Shown piece after piece: positions 28,457 through 38,274 of a DNA stretch of 64,000 nt. The position numbers and the translations under genes are program-made. Origin of the DNA: an uncultured Acidobacteriota bacterium (GTDB lineage: Bacteria > Acidobacteriota > UBA6911). The notes under the pieces are model-generated. The model searched no databases. It was not told the DNA's origin and saw only the letters and a program-made list of their open reading frames with translations. The stretch spans positions 71,242 to 135,241 of the forward strand of contig CAWHCF010000044.1 of assembly GCA_963827655.1 (NCBI GenBank), written 5' to 3'. Every line of letters starts with the position of its first letter. Within the stretch, counting starts at the first letter, position 1.

Positions 28457-29749
28457 ATGAACCAGGATAACACAGGGGAATCCGCGTTCGGCCGCTCGAT
28501 CGGGCGAGGAACCTTCAGGTCTGCAACGCCTGATTCCCTCCAGTCTCTAGTTCTGATTAATGTAGGCACATTTTTATTGTGTACATTGCTCGCTTTCCTC
28601 GCTGCAGAGCTCATGTTCCGTTGGTTTTCCCCGATGGTCCAAGAAGCCGGAGCTGGGCATCGGCCAAGCAGGAACCCCGTCTTATTGCACGAACCCATAC
28701 CCGGGCATTCAAATACGAATAGCGACGGTTTACCCGATCACGAATACTCGGTTGCGAAGCCGGCGGGCACAAAGCGAATCCTGGTCCTGGGCGACGACGT
28801 GGTCTCTGGATTTGGTGTTTCCCTGCCGGACACTCTTCCGAAAGGCCTTGAAGCCGCTTACAAAGCCAATGCCGAGTCTGTCGAGGTGCTTAACTTCGGT
28901 GTTTCCGGGTACGATACCCAGCAGGAGATTGAATTCTTCAAAGCCAAGGGAATCAAATACCGCCCGGACATCGTCGTCGTGGTCTACGTCATGAACGACA
29001 ATCGCTATGCCTCTCAGGAGTTGAGAGATTTAAGCGACGTCAAATTTTTGGCCGTTCCCAGGCCGCCGAGTGCAAATCCCCTCAAACGAGGGGCAGCATC
29101 CTTGTTCCATTCTTCACGCTTCCTGCAGTTTCTCGGTGCTCAGTGTCATATTGAGAGAAAACTCCCATTTCTCCAGGATTACCCTCGGTTGATCGACTAC
29201 GTGGAGGAAAAGAATCTTCGAGAGCGGGACTCATCCGACAGCAAGTACGCTCAACTGGAAACCCAGGTTCAAGTCCGCGCCGAAGAGATTGGAACCACGC
29301 CGGACGCGCTCGAGTTCTCCATCCACGCGCTGGGGTTCCGGCATAGTGAGACCCTCTACCAGTCCCATTGGAATGCCTCCTACCAGGCATTGACCAGACT
29401 GAAGGCTTTATCCGACGAGTACTCGTTCCAGGTTGTGGTCGTAGTCTTGCCTATCATGTACCAAATGGACCGGTATCCGCTAAAGCCTGCGCATGACTTT
29501 TTTCGAAGCAATTTTGAATCACTCGGTTTCCAGACCGTCGACCTGCTCGAAATATGCAAACATCTCTACAGCGTCTACGGATACTCGGCGGTCTCGCCGG
29601 ACGGCATTCATTTAACGCCTTTCGCCGTGAAGAAAGTAGCCGGATACCTGTACAATCGGATCCCCCTCGAGCGCCCGTTTCGCCCCGGGCGGGACGAGTC
29701 TCTCCTCGTGCACTCCCCCGGGCTCGGCCGCCAGAGCGCATTTCACTGA
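28457..29749 (+). CDS. SGNH-fold hydrolase/acyltransferase-like protein with N-terminal TM anchor (paralog 2, AlgX/AlgJ-like architecture)
   Basis: LVLGDDVVSGFGV (GDD variant of block I), NFGVSGYDTQQEIEFF (block II Gly), DIVVVVYVMND, and SPDGIHLT (DxxH-like). TM anchor LVLINVGTFLLCTLLAFLAA. Confidence 0.6.
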   Translation: MNQDNTGESAFGRSIGRGTFRSATPDSLQSLVLINVGTFLLCTLLAFLAAELMFRWFSPMVQEAGAGHRPSRNPVLLHEPIPGHSNTNSDGLPDHEYSVAKPAGTKRILVLGDDVVSGFGVSLPDTLPKGLEAAYKANAESVEVLNFGVSGYDTQQEIEFFKAKGIKYRPDIVVVVYVMNDNRYASQELRDLSDVKFLAVPRPPSANPLKRGAASLFHSSRFLQFLGAQCHIERKLPFLQDYPRLIDYVEEKNLRERDSSDSKYAQLETQVQVRAEEIGTTPDALEFSIHALGFRHSETLYQSHWNASYQALTRLKALSDEYSFQVVVVVLPIMYQMDRYPLKPAHDFFRSNFESLGFQTVDLLEICKHLYSVYGYSAVSPDGIHLTPFAVKKVAGYLYNRIPLERPFRPGRDESLLVHSPGLGRQSAFH

Positions 29750-29959
29750 GCGATCTCTAGCGCCGGCCTTCGCTGACCCCCCTTCCCTCGAACAGCAACC
29801 TCTGTGAGCTAAATGCCGCTATCAAGAAATCATCCTCGAGCGTCAGGGTAGAGTTCTTGTTCGGGCCGGGTCTTGCTGGAGATCGCGCCCTGCGACTGCT
29901 CGAGCTGTCGGGCGAAATCCATTTCATGCATCCAATGATATGAGCTTTAATTGTCATCT

Positions 29960-31066
29960 ATGCAGAATCATCCTCCGATTAAATTGATCGCCGTTGGTGA
30001 TATTTGTCCTGGTGATCACAACTGCATGGGTTTTGGCACGGGAACGCTGATGAGGTCCCGTGGGCCATCATTCCCATTGCAACACGTGACGCACATGTTG
30101 CGCGAGGGCGACATCGTTTTCGGCAACTGCGAAGGGGTGCTCTCGAATGTTGGTGCAGACCACAGAAACATCGACACCATGGAATTTCGGGGCATGCCAG
30201 AATTCGCAACCGCTCTTCGCAATTCTGGTTTTACCGTTCTGACGGTGGCAAATAACCACGCTGGCGAACACGGGAGGGAAGCGCTATTTGACACCATCAA
30301 CAATTTGCAATCGGCTGGTATCAAGGTCATCGGTCTGCGCGACGAGAACCGCACCGCTGTACCGCTGATACAAGAGATCAACGGCATTCGGATTGGCTGG
30401 CTGGCGTATACGTGGATTGTCTCTAAAAATACTAGCCAGGACCGCGCGCTACTATCGTGGACAAGGGGCAACGAGGTATCTACCGAAATCGCAACACTTC
30501 GTCCCAAGGTCGATTTTCTGATCGTTACTGCCCATTGGGGACGTGAGATCATTAGGGTCCCACCACAGAATGTGATCGATGCCGCTCACGCCATGGCGGA
30601 AGCGGGTGCCGACCTGGTGCTCGGACATCATCCGCATATGCTTCAAGGAATCGAACGTCATGGCAGGTGTGTCATCGTCTACAGCCTCGGCGACTTTGTA
30701 TTCGATGACTGGCTATATTGGTTTCGCGAGAGGGCTCTTTTTCGTTGCACGATCGAGGCGGGCAAGGCCCATAACCCCGAGTTCATCCCGCTGATGAGTA
30801 ACCGACAGTTTCAGGTCGCTCCCGCTACAAAGGCCCAGAGAACTCGCATCTTAAGAAAAATCGACGCGAGTACTCGCGCCATAACCGACCAGAGACTGGC
30901 TCACTTGCGAGATGAAGCTAAAGCCAAGCAGCTTGAGGCAAGGCGAAAGCGCCTCTTTTGGGGAGCCCGAGTCCTGTTCCTTACTGCCAATATTGGACGA
31001 ATGGGGCCACGCATCGCCTACCAGAAGCTCTGCCGTCATTTCCCGCTGCCTTACGTAGGTAACTGA
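29960..31066 (+). CDS. capA: CapA/PGA_cap family metallophosphatase-like capsule biosynthesis protein
   Basis: KLIAVGDICPGDH ... VANNHAGEHG ... GIRIGWLAYT ... LIVTAHWGRE ... LVLGHHPHMLQGIE, the PGA_cap pattern. ATG at 29960 preferred over the TTG at 29951. Confidence 0.8.
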   Translation: MQNHPPIKLIAVGDICPGDHNCMGFGTGTLMRSRGPSFPLQHVTHMLREGDIVFGNCEGVLSNVGADHRNIDTMEFRGMPEFATALRNSGFTVLTVANNHAGEHGREALFDTINNLQSAGIKVIGLRDENRTAVPLIQEINGIRIGWLAYTWIVSKNTSQDRALLSWTRGNEVSTEIATLRPKVDFLIVTAHWGREIIRVPPQNVIDAAHAMAEAGADLVLGHHPHMLQGIERHGRCVIVYSLGDFVFDDWLYWFRERALFRCTIEAGKAHNPEFIPLMSNRQFQVAPATKAQRTRILRKIDASTRAITDQRLAHLRDEAKAKQLEARRKRLFWGARVLFLTANIGRMGPRIAYQKLCRHFPLPYVGN

Positions 31067-31220
31067 CTCGGTTAAACATCAAAGGTCTACAGCCGCCATC
31101 ATTTTTAACCGCTCGGTCTATGACGGCTCAGATGGAGCAGCACAAGATGACTAAGCTGAAGCCGTGCTGGCGGCGAGACCGGGCCATCCAAGAAGTAATT
31201 TAGATGAAAGGAATCATTTG

Positions 31221-32126
31221 ATGAAAAAGGAACTTATTCCAGAGCCGCCCCGCCTGGTCGCGACGGGTATCAACGGACGACCAAACCGGACGGGGCAGTT
31301 GCGTAATCTGTTCTCCACAAAATTACTCACAGACCTGGTTTACGTCCCCCGAAGGTTCTTGGAGACCGTGCTAATCCAGGTACTGACTACCGACGAAAAG
31401 GCTCGTCTAAGCCGCTTCCTGTTCAATGTGTTTCCCAAGGCTCCAGGCGAAGCAGTTCCCGTTTGGGGAGAGACGCTCGCTCCGTGGGAGGAAACCTGGT
31501 TTCGTCGCCGATTGCCCGCTCCACCAGCTCGCGTTCTCCTTGGCGGATGTGGAGCCGGTAGAGAAGTGGTGGCGCTGATGAAGGAAGGCTTCCACGTTGA
31601 TGCCTTCGACCCCGCGCCAAATCTCGTCTCCTCAACTAAATCAGCCGTCGGCGACAAGGCCCGCATCTTAACCTTTGGATATGAGGAACTTTCCGCAGCT
31701 GTGCTTGACAACACCTCCGGACCCGCTTCCTCTCTTGAAAAGTACTATGATGCGGTACTCCTGGGCTGGGGCAGCCTGACGTGCCTGATGGATCCCACGG
31801 AGCGGATGCGCCTCCTTCGTGCGCTCGACCTCATATGCCCAAAAGGCCCAATACTGGCTAGCTTCTGGTGTACGAATGGATATTCCCCAAGGAAACCCAG
31901 ACGACACCATACTGAACGCCTTGGCCGCGCCCTAGGCGTTGCGCTGGCCAAGCTCCGAGGCGTGCGGGCGGAGACCGCCTCCCAAGAGCACTTCATGTCT
32001 CACAGTGGCTTTGGCCATGTATTTGCTCCAGAAGAAATCGAACAGCTTGGAACCACGATACGGAGAAGCGTCATTTGGGATTGCGATGATACCGATTACT
32101 CACACGTGACGTTCGTTGCGCAATGA
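31221..32126 (+). CDS. Class I SAM-dependent methyltransferase-like protein
   Basis: Motif I VLLGGCGAGREVVALMKEGFHVDAFDPAP, then an acidic post-I residue and motif II-like YDAVLLGWGSL. SD AAAGGA before the ATG at 31221. The track start 31164 extends into poor sequence. Confidence 0.55.
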   Translation: MKKELIPEPPRLVATGINGRPNRTGQLRNLFSTKLLTDLVYVPRRFLETVLIQVLTTDEKARLSRFLFNVFPKAPGEAVPVWGETLAPWEETWFRRRLPAPPARVLLGGCGAGREVVALMKEGFHVDAFDPAPNLVSSTKSAVGDKARILTFGYEELSAAVLDNTSGPASSLEKYYDAVLLGWGSLTCLMDPTERMRLLRALDLICPKGPILASFWCTNGYSPRKPRRHHTERLGRALGVALAKLRGVRAETASQEHFMSHSGFGHVFAPEEIEQLGTTIRRSVIWDCDDTDYSHVTFVAQ

Positions 32127-32279
32127 CGGAACACATGTCTGACTGCAATGGACCTCATTACCGCGCTCATTCTCCCAGTCTGCGGCTCCGGTCTAACAGA
32201 AACCGGTCCGACGATTTGCCCGACGTTGCATGCTGAACCCCTATCGGTTGATCATCTGCGACTGAAAGGGAGTCTACCC

Positions 32280-33377
32280 ATGCAGATCACGAATATAACT
32301 GCTGACCGACGCGAAGACTGGAATGCATTTGTAGCGCGAGAACCATCTTTTGCTCTCTTACAATCTTGGAAATGGGGCGAACTCAAAGAAAAGTTGGGCT
32401 GGAAGGTTTTTCGAATTGCAGCAGAGGAGGATGGGCAAATTCTGGCTGGCGCTCAGATGCTTGTTAGGTCTATGCCGCTAATACCGTTGGCCAGTATAGC
32501 CTATATCCCTCGAGGTCCTTTAGGCTGCTGGTTGGATGACACAATCAAACCTCAACTGTTATCCGAGTTCCATCGCATCGCTAAAAATCATCGAGCCGTC
32601 TTTCTAAAAATTGAGCCGTCAATGCCAAATGGTCCGGATGTCAATCAGGCGTTGGAACAGCACCATTTCCAGCCCAGTTTCTATGGCAATCACTCCCGGG
32701 CTACTATCATATTGGATTTGAGGCAAGATCTGGATGATGTGTTGAAGCAAATGCGTAGGAAGACCCGTCAGTACATCAGGCTAGCAACTCAAAGAGGTGT
32801 TGTTGCTCGTGAAGGCACCGCAGAAGACTTGCCGGCTTTTTATGATCTGATGAAAATAACTGGTAAACGAGCCTCATTCTCTCCTCGCACCTACGATTCC
32901 TATAAACTCGAATGGCAGACATTTAAAGAAAACAACCAAGCCATATTACTCATGGCATACAAGGACGATCGGTTGTTGGCTGGGCGCATGATCTTTCGCT
33001 TTGGCACTCATGCCGCGGAATTTTACGCCGGTTCGTTAGATGAGTATACCGATTTGCACCCAAACTATTTACTCGCTTGGGAAGCCATAAAATGGGCCAA
33101 GGCCCAAGGTTGTCATAGTTACGACTTGTGGGGTATTCCTCAGGAAGTTGGTCAGGCAGTATATGATGGGGGAGACCTCCCTACGTCAAATCGCCGAGAT
33201 GGTCTATGGGGTGTGTACCAATTCAAACGAGGTCTCGGTAAGCGAGTAGTGTTTTATGCCAAAACGTGTGATAGCGTATATTCACCACTACTATACTGGA
33301 TGTTGCATAAAGCATGGCCATTGTTTAAAAGAAATGTCCTCCGAATCCTACTGCGCAACCGCTCCAATACGGGGTAG
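32280..33377 (+). CDS. FemAB-family (Acetyltransf_6-like) aminoacyl-transferase-type protein, polysaccharide-locus associated
   Basis: Two-GNAT-lobe FemAB pattern (ITADRREDWNAFVAREPSFALLQSWKWGELKEKLGWKV ... GAQMLVRSMPL ... AAEFYAGSLDEY ... YDLWGI). SD AAAGGGAG before the ATG at 32280. Confidence 0.7.
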   Translation: MQITNITADRREDWNAFVAREPSFALLQSWKWGELKEKLGWKVFRIAAEEDGQILAGAQMLVRSMPLIPLASIAYIPRGPLGCWLDDTIKPQLLSEFHRIAKNHRAVFLKIEPSMPNGPDVNQALEQHHFQPSFYGNHSRATIILDLRQDLDDVLKQMRRKTRQYIRLATQRGVVAREGTAEDLPAFYDLMKITGKRASFSPRTYDSYKLEWQTFKENNQAILLMAYKDDRLLAGRMIFRFGTHAAEFYAGSLDEYTDLHPNYLLAWEAIKWAKAQGCHSYDLWGIPQEVGQAVYDGGDLPTSNRRDGLWGVYQFKRGLGKRVVFYAKTCDSVYSPLLYWMLHKAWPLFKRNVLRILLRNRSNTG

Positions 33378-33930
33378 ATGATAAAGAAGGTTGATTATTG
33401 TTAGCGAGGACAAGATTGGAAACCGTTTGCTGCGAATGTCAGACAGGTTAGGCTATGACACTCGGTCAACCTCTTGCGGCCAGCAGGTCACCCAATATCT
33501 AACTTCCCGGCGGCGGTTTCGAGCCGGATTTTCAACAGCCGTCACCGCAACATCCGGACATGCCAGACGGCATGCCTGGACTTTCCTCGATTTGACGGAA
33601 CCCCTCCGAAGCAAACTCAAGACGACCAAAGCGTGGATTTACGGCCGCCACGACGGAGCTCATTGGTCCGGGGCTGGCAGTCTAATTTTCGCAGACGTGC
33701 TGGCCACAGAACTCCTTCGGGTTATCGGTCCGACGACACCGCCAAAGCGCCTGAAAAAAACCTGATAAACCGGCAGCCGACTCTAAACTCTTCTTGTCTA
33801 CCGAGAAGCCGTCAGACCGCGCGGCACGTTCAAGTAGTTGCAACTAAGGGCGGGTTATCGTCTCTTATGGAAGTGCTGAACGTCGTTGATCTGAGCTGCA
33901 CCGTGACGCGTACGACCCGATGTTGATACT

Positions 33931-34827
33931 ATGTCCGACCGAAAACCATTGATAAGCATAGGAATGCCGGTATACAACGGCGAAACCCATTTGTGCCAGG
34001 CTCTGGATTCCCTGCTCGCCCAGAGCTATGAAGACTTCGAGATACATATCTCCGACAATGCTTCGACCGATCGCACGGGCGAAATCTGTCGTTCCTACCG
34101 ATCGATCGACAAGCGCGTTCACTACCACTATGATCCCAATCACGTCGGAGTACTCGCTAACTACCACCGCGCTTTGAATCTGACGTCGAGCGAATACTTC
34201 ATGTGGGCGGCGGCCGATGACTGCTGGTCGGCCAACTACGTCGAGACCCTGATGGAATGCCTGCTGGCGCGACCGGAGGCAGCGCTGGCGGCAGGCCGCA
34301 CCCTCTATATCGACGGAAAAGGCAACCGGCGCACGTCCGACCCGGACGACGCTCCGGCCCGTAATCCCGGCAACGGAATCAGCACGGCCAGGCAGCTGCT
34401 TGAACAACATGCCGCAGGATGGTTGCACGGCGTATACCGACGTGACCCATTGCTGAAGTCTCTCCCCACGTTTCTTACGACACATCCATGGGGGAGCGAC
34501 GTCGTCTTTTTATTGGAGCTGTGTCTTACCAGCGAAGTCACCGGCTCCGACACCGCAGTCATGTACAAACGCGTCTCGGATCTCAATAACAGCCATGTCA
34601 CCTTACCCAAGACGCCACGACAGATTGTCGGATGGCAATGCGGGTACGCAGCCGCTCTGATGCGGGTCATCCTCAATAGCCCGATCTCTGCGAAGGAAAA
34701 ACAGGATCTGATCAAGACATACTTCTTTTATCTAAAGAGGCTCTACTTCTGGAGTGGTATGACAACGTGGCTCAAGACGTGGATCAGAGCCGGGGGTCAC
34801 TGGCTGATTCGAATCGATCGAACCTGA
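33931..34827 (+). CDS. Family 2 glycosyltransferase
   Basis: ISIGMPVYNGETHLCQALDSLLAQSYEDFEIHISDNASTDRT (GT2 N-terminal DxD-type fold), DDCWS motif. Confidence 0.85.
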   Translation: MSDRKPLISIGMPVYNGETHLCQALDSLLAQSYEDFEIHISDNASTDRTGEICRSYRSIDKRVHYHYDPNHVGVLANYHRALNLTSSEYFMWAAADDCWSANYVETLMECLLARPEAALAAGRTLYIDGKGNRRTSDPDDAPARNPGNGISTARQLLEQHAAGWLHGVYRRDPLLKSLPTFLTTHPWGSDVVFLLELCLTSEVTGSDTAVMYKRVSDLNNSHVTLPKTPRQIVGWQCGYAAALMRVILNSPISAKEKQDLIKTYFFYLKRLYFWSGMTTWLKTWIRAGGHWLIRIDRT

Positions 34828-34845
34828 CATTTTATAGAGAACAGA

Positions 34846-35424
34846 ATGCCAAGCAATCCTTCACTAACCGTAGTGTTGCCCGCCCACAACGCAGAAGCGA
34901 CGATTGCTCCTGCGATCGCGAGTACTCTGAATCAGAGCTACTCGGATTTTGAATTGTGGGTGCTCGAAAACGGGTCCACTGACGCCACGGCGGAAGTAGC
35001 AAAGTCGTTCTCAGACCCGAGGGTGCGGGTTTTTGAGCTCGGTCCCGTAGGATTCCAAGGGGCGCTGCAATACGCCATCGAGAATTCAGAGTCGGAGTGG
35101 CTGGCGCGCATGGACGCCGACGATCTGATGTTTCCCCACCGGCTGAAAGTGCAGATGCAGGTCATCGCGCAGCATCCGGAGCTCGTCTTCGTCGCCAGCC
35201 ACTATGCCCTCCTGACGCCTTTTGGCAGCATGTTCGAGCGGCTCTTAACGGTTCCGTCGAGCGAGGTCGATAGTTCGAGACTGAGCAAAGGCCGCTTTTT
35301 CGCCGATCCGTCCACGATCTTTCGGCGCCAGATAGCGCTGGATGCTGGCGGTGTCGACCCGGAATTTACCTCGGGCGACGTTCCGCTGTTGTTTCGTCTG
35401 TTAAGCGTATGGGAAAGGGTTTGA
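34846..35424 (+). CDS. Family 2 glycosyltransferase, apparently truncated or frameshifted (C-terminal GT2 motif continues in the +1 frame from about 35404)
   Basis: LTVVLPAHNAEATIAPAIASTLNQSYSDFELWVLENGSTDAT ... ARMDADD. The reading frame stops at 35424, but the +1 frame reads EIAEPLYLYRIQPNSM (typical GT2 C-terminal block). That frame then stays open into neuB. Confidence 0.65.
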   Translation: MPSNPSLTVVLPAHNAEATIAPAIASTLNQSYSDFELWVLENGSTDATAEVAKSFSDPRVRVFELGPVGFQGALQYAIENSESEWLARMDADDLMFPHRLKVQMQVIAQHPELVFVASHYALLTPFGSMFERLLTVPSSEVDSSRLSKGRFFADPSTIFRRQIALDAGGVDPEFTSGDVPLLFRLLSVWERV

Positions 35425-35842
35425 AATCGCTGAACCGCTTTACCTCTATCGCATCCAGCCGAATTCGATGTGCCGAAGCACAGACTTTCGGCGCCAGGGA
35501 CTTCGAGCGCGCGCCAAGTATGCCCCTGAAACCGTCGATCCTTCGGCACAAGCCAGGGACGAAGTCAGCGCCTGGGCTTTTATTCTAGGGCTGGAGCTCT
35601 TGGCCCGGAATGGACCGGGTGTCCGCCAGGCGGCGGACTACCTCGAAGCAAACAGGAACAAAGGCGAATTGGGCCAGATGGCTGAGCTACTTCCCGACGG
35701 CTGGGCTATCAATACTACAGATTGTGGGACTGCTCCGGGTTCCGGTACCGGCACAGGCCCGATTGGGAAACTCTTTTCAAGCCTCTTATGGAACCGGAGC
35801 CGCGCGAAATCCCCGGACGTACGCTCGTTGAAACTTGTTAGT

Positions 35843-36928
35843 ATGAAAAGTGCTTCGGGCGAAATCTCCTCATTCGTCGGATCAAAAGTGAACACCAATA
35901 GCAATCAACCCATAGAGAACCAGGACACTTCGTGCCTGATCGTCGCAGAGGTGGCTCAGGCACACGACGGCAGCCTCGGCATGGCCCACGCCTATATAGA
36001 TGCGGCAGCAAACGCCGGAGCCGACGCAATCAAGTTCCAGACCCATATCGCCGCGGCGGAATCGACTCCAGGAGAGCCGTGGCGCGTAAAGTTCAGCCCG
36101 CAGGACGCGACCCGCTACGACTACTGGAAGCGAATGCAGTTTACCGAAGACCAGTGGCGAGGTCTCAAGCGCCACGCTTCGGAGCGCGGCTTGAAGTTTC
36201 TCAGCTCCCCTTTTTCTCTCGAGGCTGTACAGCTCCTCAATCGTGTAGGAGTCACAGCCTGGAAGGTGGCTTCCGGCGAGGTTAACAACACCTCGATGTT
36301 GCAGTGTATGGCTGCCACGGGTCTGCCCATACTTCTGTCGACCGGGATGAGTCCTCTGCCCGAAATCGATTTCGCTGTAGATCGAGTGAAGCAATATGGC
36401 CTGCCCCTTACGCTGCTGCAGTGCACCACGGCCTACCCCTGTCCGCCGGAAAAGGTCGGGCTGAACCTGATACCGTTTTTCCGGGCGCGTTATGGCTGCC
36501 AGGTCGGCCTGTCGGATCACTCGGGAACCATCTACGCCGGTCTTGCGGGCGCCGTTCTTGGGATCGCTGTTCTGGAAGTGCACGTCACTCTCAGCCGGGA
36601 GATGTTCGGACCCGACGTTCCGGCCTCGATTACGACCACCGAGCTGCGCCAACTGGTCGCCGGCATCCGCTTCATAGAGAAGATGATGGCGAATCCGGTC
36701 GACAAGGATGCCATGGCAGTGGAGATGGCGCCTTTGCGGAACCTCTTTACCAAGAGCATTGTTCTCTCATCGGACTTGCCTGCGGGCACCGTGCTGCGAA
36801 AAGAACACTTGACCATCAAGAAGCCAGGAACCGGCATTCCCGCCGACAGGCTACCCGAACTCGTAAGCCGCACGCTAAAACGAGCGGTAACCGCTAACAG
36901 CTTGCTTTCGGAAGACGACCTTGCCTAA
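35843..36928 (+). CDS. neuB: NeuB/PseI/LegI-family nonulosonic (sialic-type) acid synthase with C-terminal SAF domain
   Basis: CLIVAEVAQAHDGSLGMAHAYIDAAANAGADAIKFQTH (NeuB N-terminal signature), then LSDHSG, and a SAF domain (VLSSDLPAGTVLRKEHLTIKKPG). The track ORF starts at 35468; its first 125 codons are GT2 run-on and linker, so Met at 35843 is used. Confidence 0.8.
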   Translation: MKSASGEISSFVGSKVNTNSNQPIENQDTSCLIVAEVAQAHDGSLGMAHAYIDAAANAGADAIKFQTHIAAAESTPGEPWRVKFSPQDATRYDYWKRMQFTEDQWRGLKRHASERGLKFLSSPFSLEAVQLLNRVGVTAWKVASGEVNNTSMLQCMAATGLPILLSTGMSPLPEIDFAVDRVKQYGLPLTLLQCTTAYPCPPEKVGLNLIPFFRARYGCQVGLSDHSGTIYAGLAGAVLGIAVLEVHVTLSREMFGPDVPASITTTELRQLVAGIRFIEKMMANPVDKDAMAVEMAPLRNLFTKSIVLSSDLPAGTVLRKEHLTIKKPGTGIPADRLPELVSRTLKRAVTANSLLSEDDLA

Positions 36929-38180
36929 TTCGCTACGCCGTAAAATATGTGTTGTTCTGGTTGACCGGGCTAACTATGGCCGCCTGAAGCCGGTCATGAA
37001 GGCTATCGCAGACCGGCCAGAGCTTGAACTCCAGGTTCTTGCCGCCGGAACGATGGTCCTGGAACGCTTTCAGCAGCCTGTGCACGTTGTGAAACAGGAC
37101 GGCTTCTCTGTGGACGGCGAGATCTACATTGAACTGGAAGGCTCCACCCCGGCCACCATGGCAAAATCCGTCGGTTTCGGCGTCGTGGAGTTCGCAAGCG
37201 AGTTCCAGCGGCTCAAACCGGATCTGGTGCTGGTCATCGGCGATCGATACGAGGCGCTGGCGGCCGCTATCGCTGCTGCGTATATGAACATCTGTATCGC
37301 CCACATACAGGGTGGCGAGGTTTCCGGATCGATTGACGAAAGCGCGCGCCATGCGATCACACGATTTGCGCATTTCCATTTTCCGAGCACGAGGCGTTCC
37401 GCGGAGTATCTGGTTCGCATGGGAGAAAATCCGAAGACGATTCTCGCCCTAGGGTGCCCCAGCAGCGATATCGCTCGCGACCTCGATCGAACGCTTCCGC
37501 CCTCAGCGATCAATGCCCTGGGCAGCGGCGCGGCGATCGATCTCTCCGATGCGTTTCTCCTGGTGGTCTTTCATCCCACGACCACGGAATACGGAGGAGA
37601 GCGCCGGCAGATGGAGGAGGTTCTCGAGGCCCTCGATAACATCCAGCGTCAGACCGTTCTCCTCTGGCCGAACATTGATGCCGGAGCCGATCACATCAGC
37701 AAGGCGATTCGAACCTTTCGCGACCGGGTGAAACCAGCCTGGCTCCATGTCATAACGAACCTGAGCCCGGAGGATTATCTGAAGGTGCTGGCCCATGCCT
37801 CCTGCGCCGTCGGGAACTCCAGCAGCTTTGTGCGCGATGCCAGCTATTTCGGAACGCCGGTGGTTTTAGTGGGAAACCGGCAGGATGGACGCGAGACCGA
37901 CCAGCACGTCATGCCCGTGCCTCCTCTGGCCGCGGAGATCACTGCCGCAATACGCGAGCAACTTGCGCATGGACCCTATGCTCCCAGCAGCCTTTACGGA
38001 GATGGACATGTCTCCGAACGAATTGCCGAGGCGCTCAGCCGCCTCACTCCCTATGTTCAGAAGCGCCTGAGCTACATGGGGCAAGGTAAAGCCGAGTTTG
38101 TCGAGCGCGCTTCCCAAACCACGGATCTCAAATCGAGCGACGATCTTGCCTCAAGCTGGGCGCTGCATTCTTCGGATTAG
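36921..38180 (+). CDS. neuC: UDP-N-acetylglucosamine 2-epimerase (hydrolysing), NeuC family
   Basis: KICVVLVDRANYGRLKPVMKAI ... DLVLVIGDRYEALAAAIAAAYMNICIAHIQGGE ... HFHFPST, the NeuC/Epimerase_2 pattern. TTG start; overlaps the neuB stop by 8 nt. Confidence 0.8.
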   Translation: MPNSLRRKICVVLVDRANYGRLKPVMKAIADRPELELQVLAAGTMVLERFQQPVHVVKQDGFSVDGEIYIELEGSTPATMAKSVGFGVVEFASEFQRLKPDLVLVIGDRYEALAAAIAAAYMNICIAHIQGGEVSGSIDESARHAITRFAHFHFPSTRRSAEYLVRMGENPKTILALGCPSSDIARDLDRTLPPSAINALGSGAAIDLSDAFLLVVFHPTTTEYGGERRQMEEVLEALDNIQRQTVLLWPNIDAGADHISKAIRTFRDRVKPAWLHVITNLSPEDYLKVLAHASCAVGNSSSFVRDASYFGTPVVLVGNRQDGRETDQHVMPVPPLAAEITAAIREQLAHGPYAPSSLYGDGHVSERIAEALSRLTPYVQKRLSYMGQGKAEFVERASQTTDLKSSDDLASSWALHSSD

Positions 38181-38274
38181 CGGGATCGCGCCTTTGGAGT
38201 GCGCAAGCTTGCTTGCGCCTTGTGCAACGGCAGCTTGCTGCCGGTTGTAAGAAATGAATGGGATCAGCGCTCGA

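Noticed and set aside
28168-28698. 176-aa minus-strand ORF
   Set aside because: Antisense to the start of the SGNH paralog 2 gene and its upstream spacer; composition not protein-like.
33391-33926. Two overlapping + ORFs (124 and 150 aa) in the 550-bp gap before the GT2 gene
   Set aside because: Arg-rich, no domain signatures, no SD; treated as intergenic.
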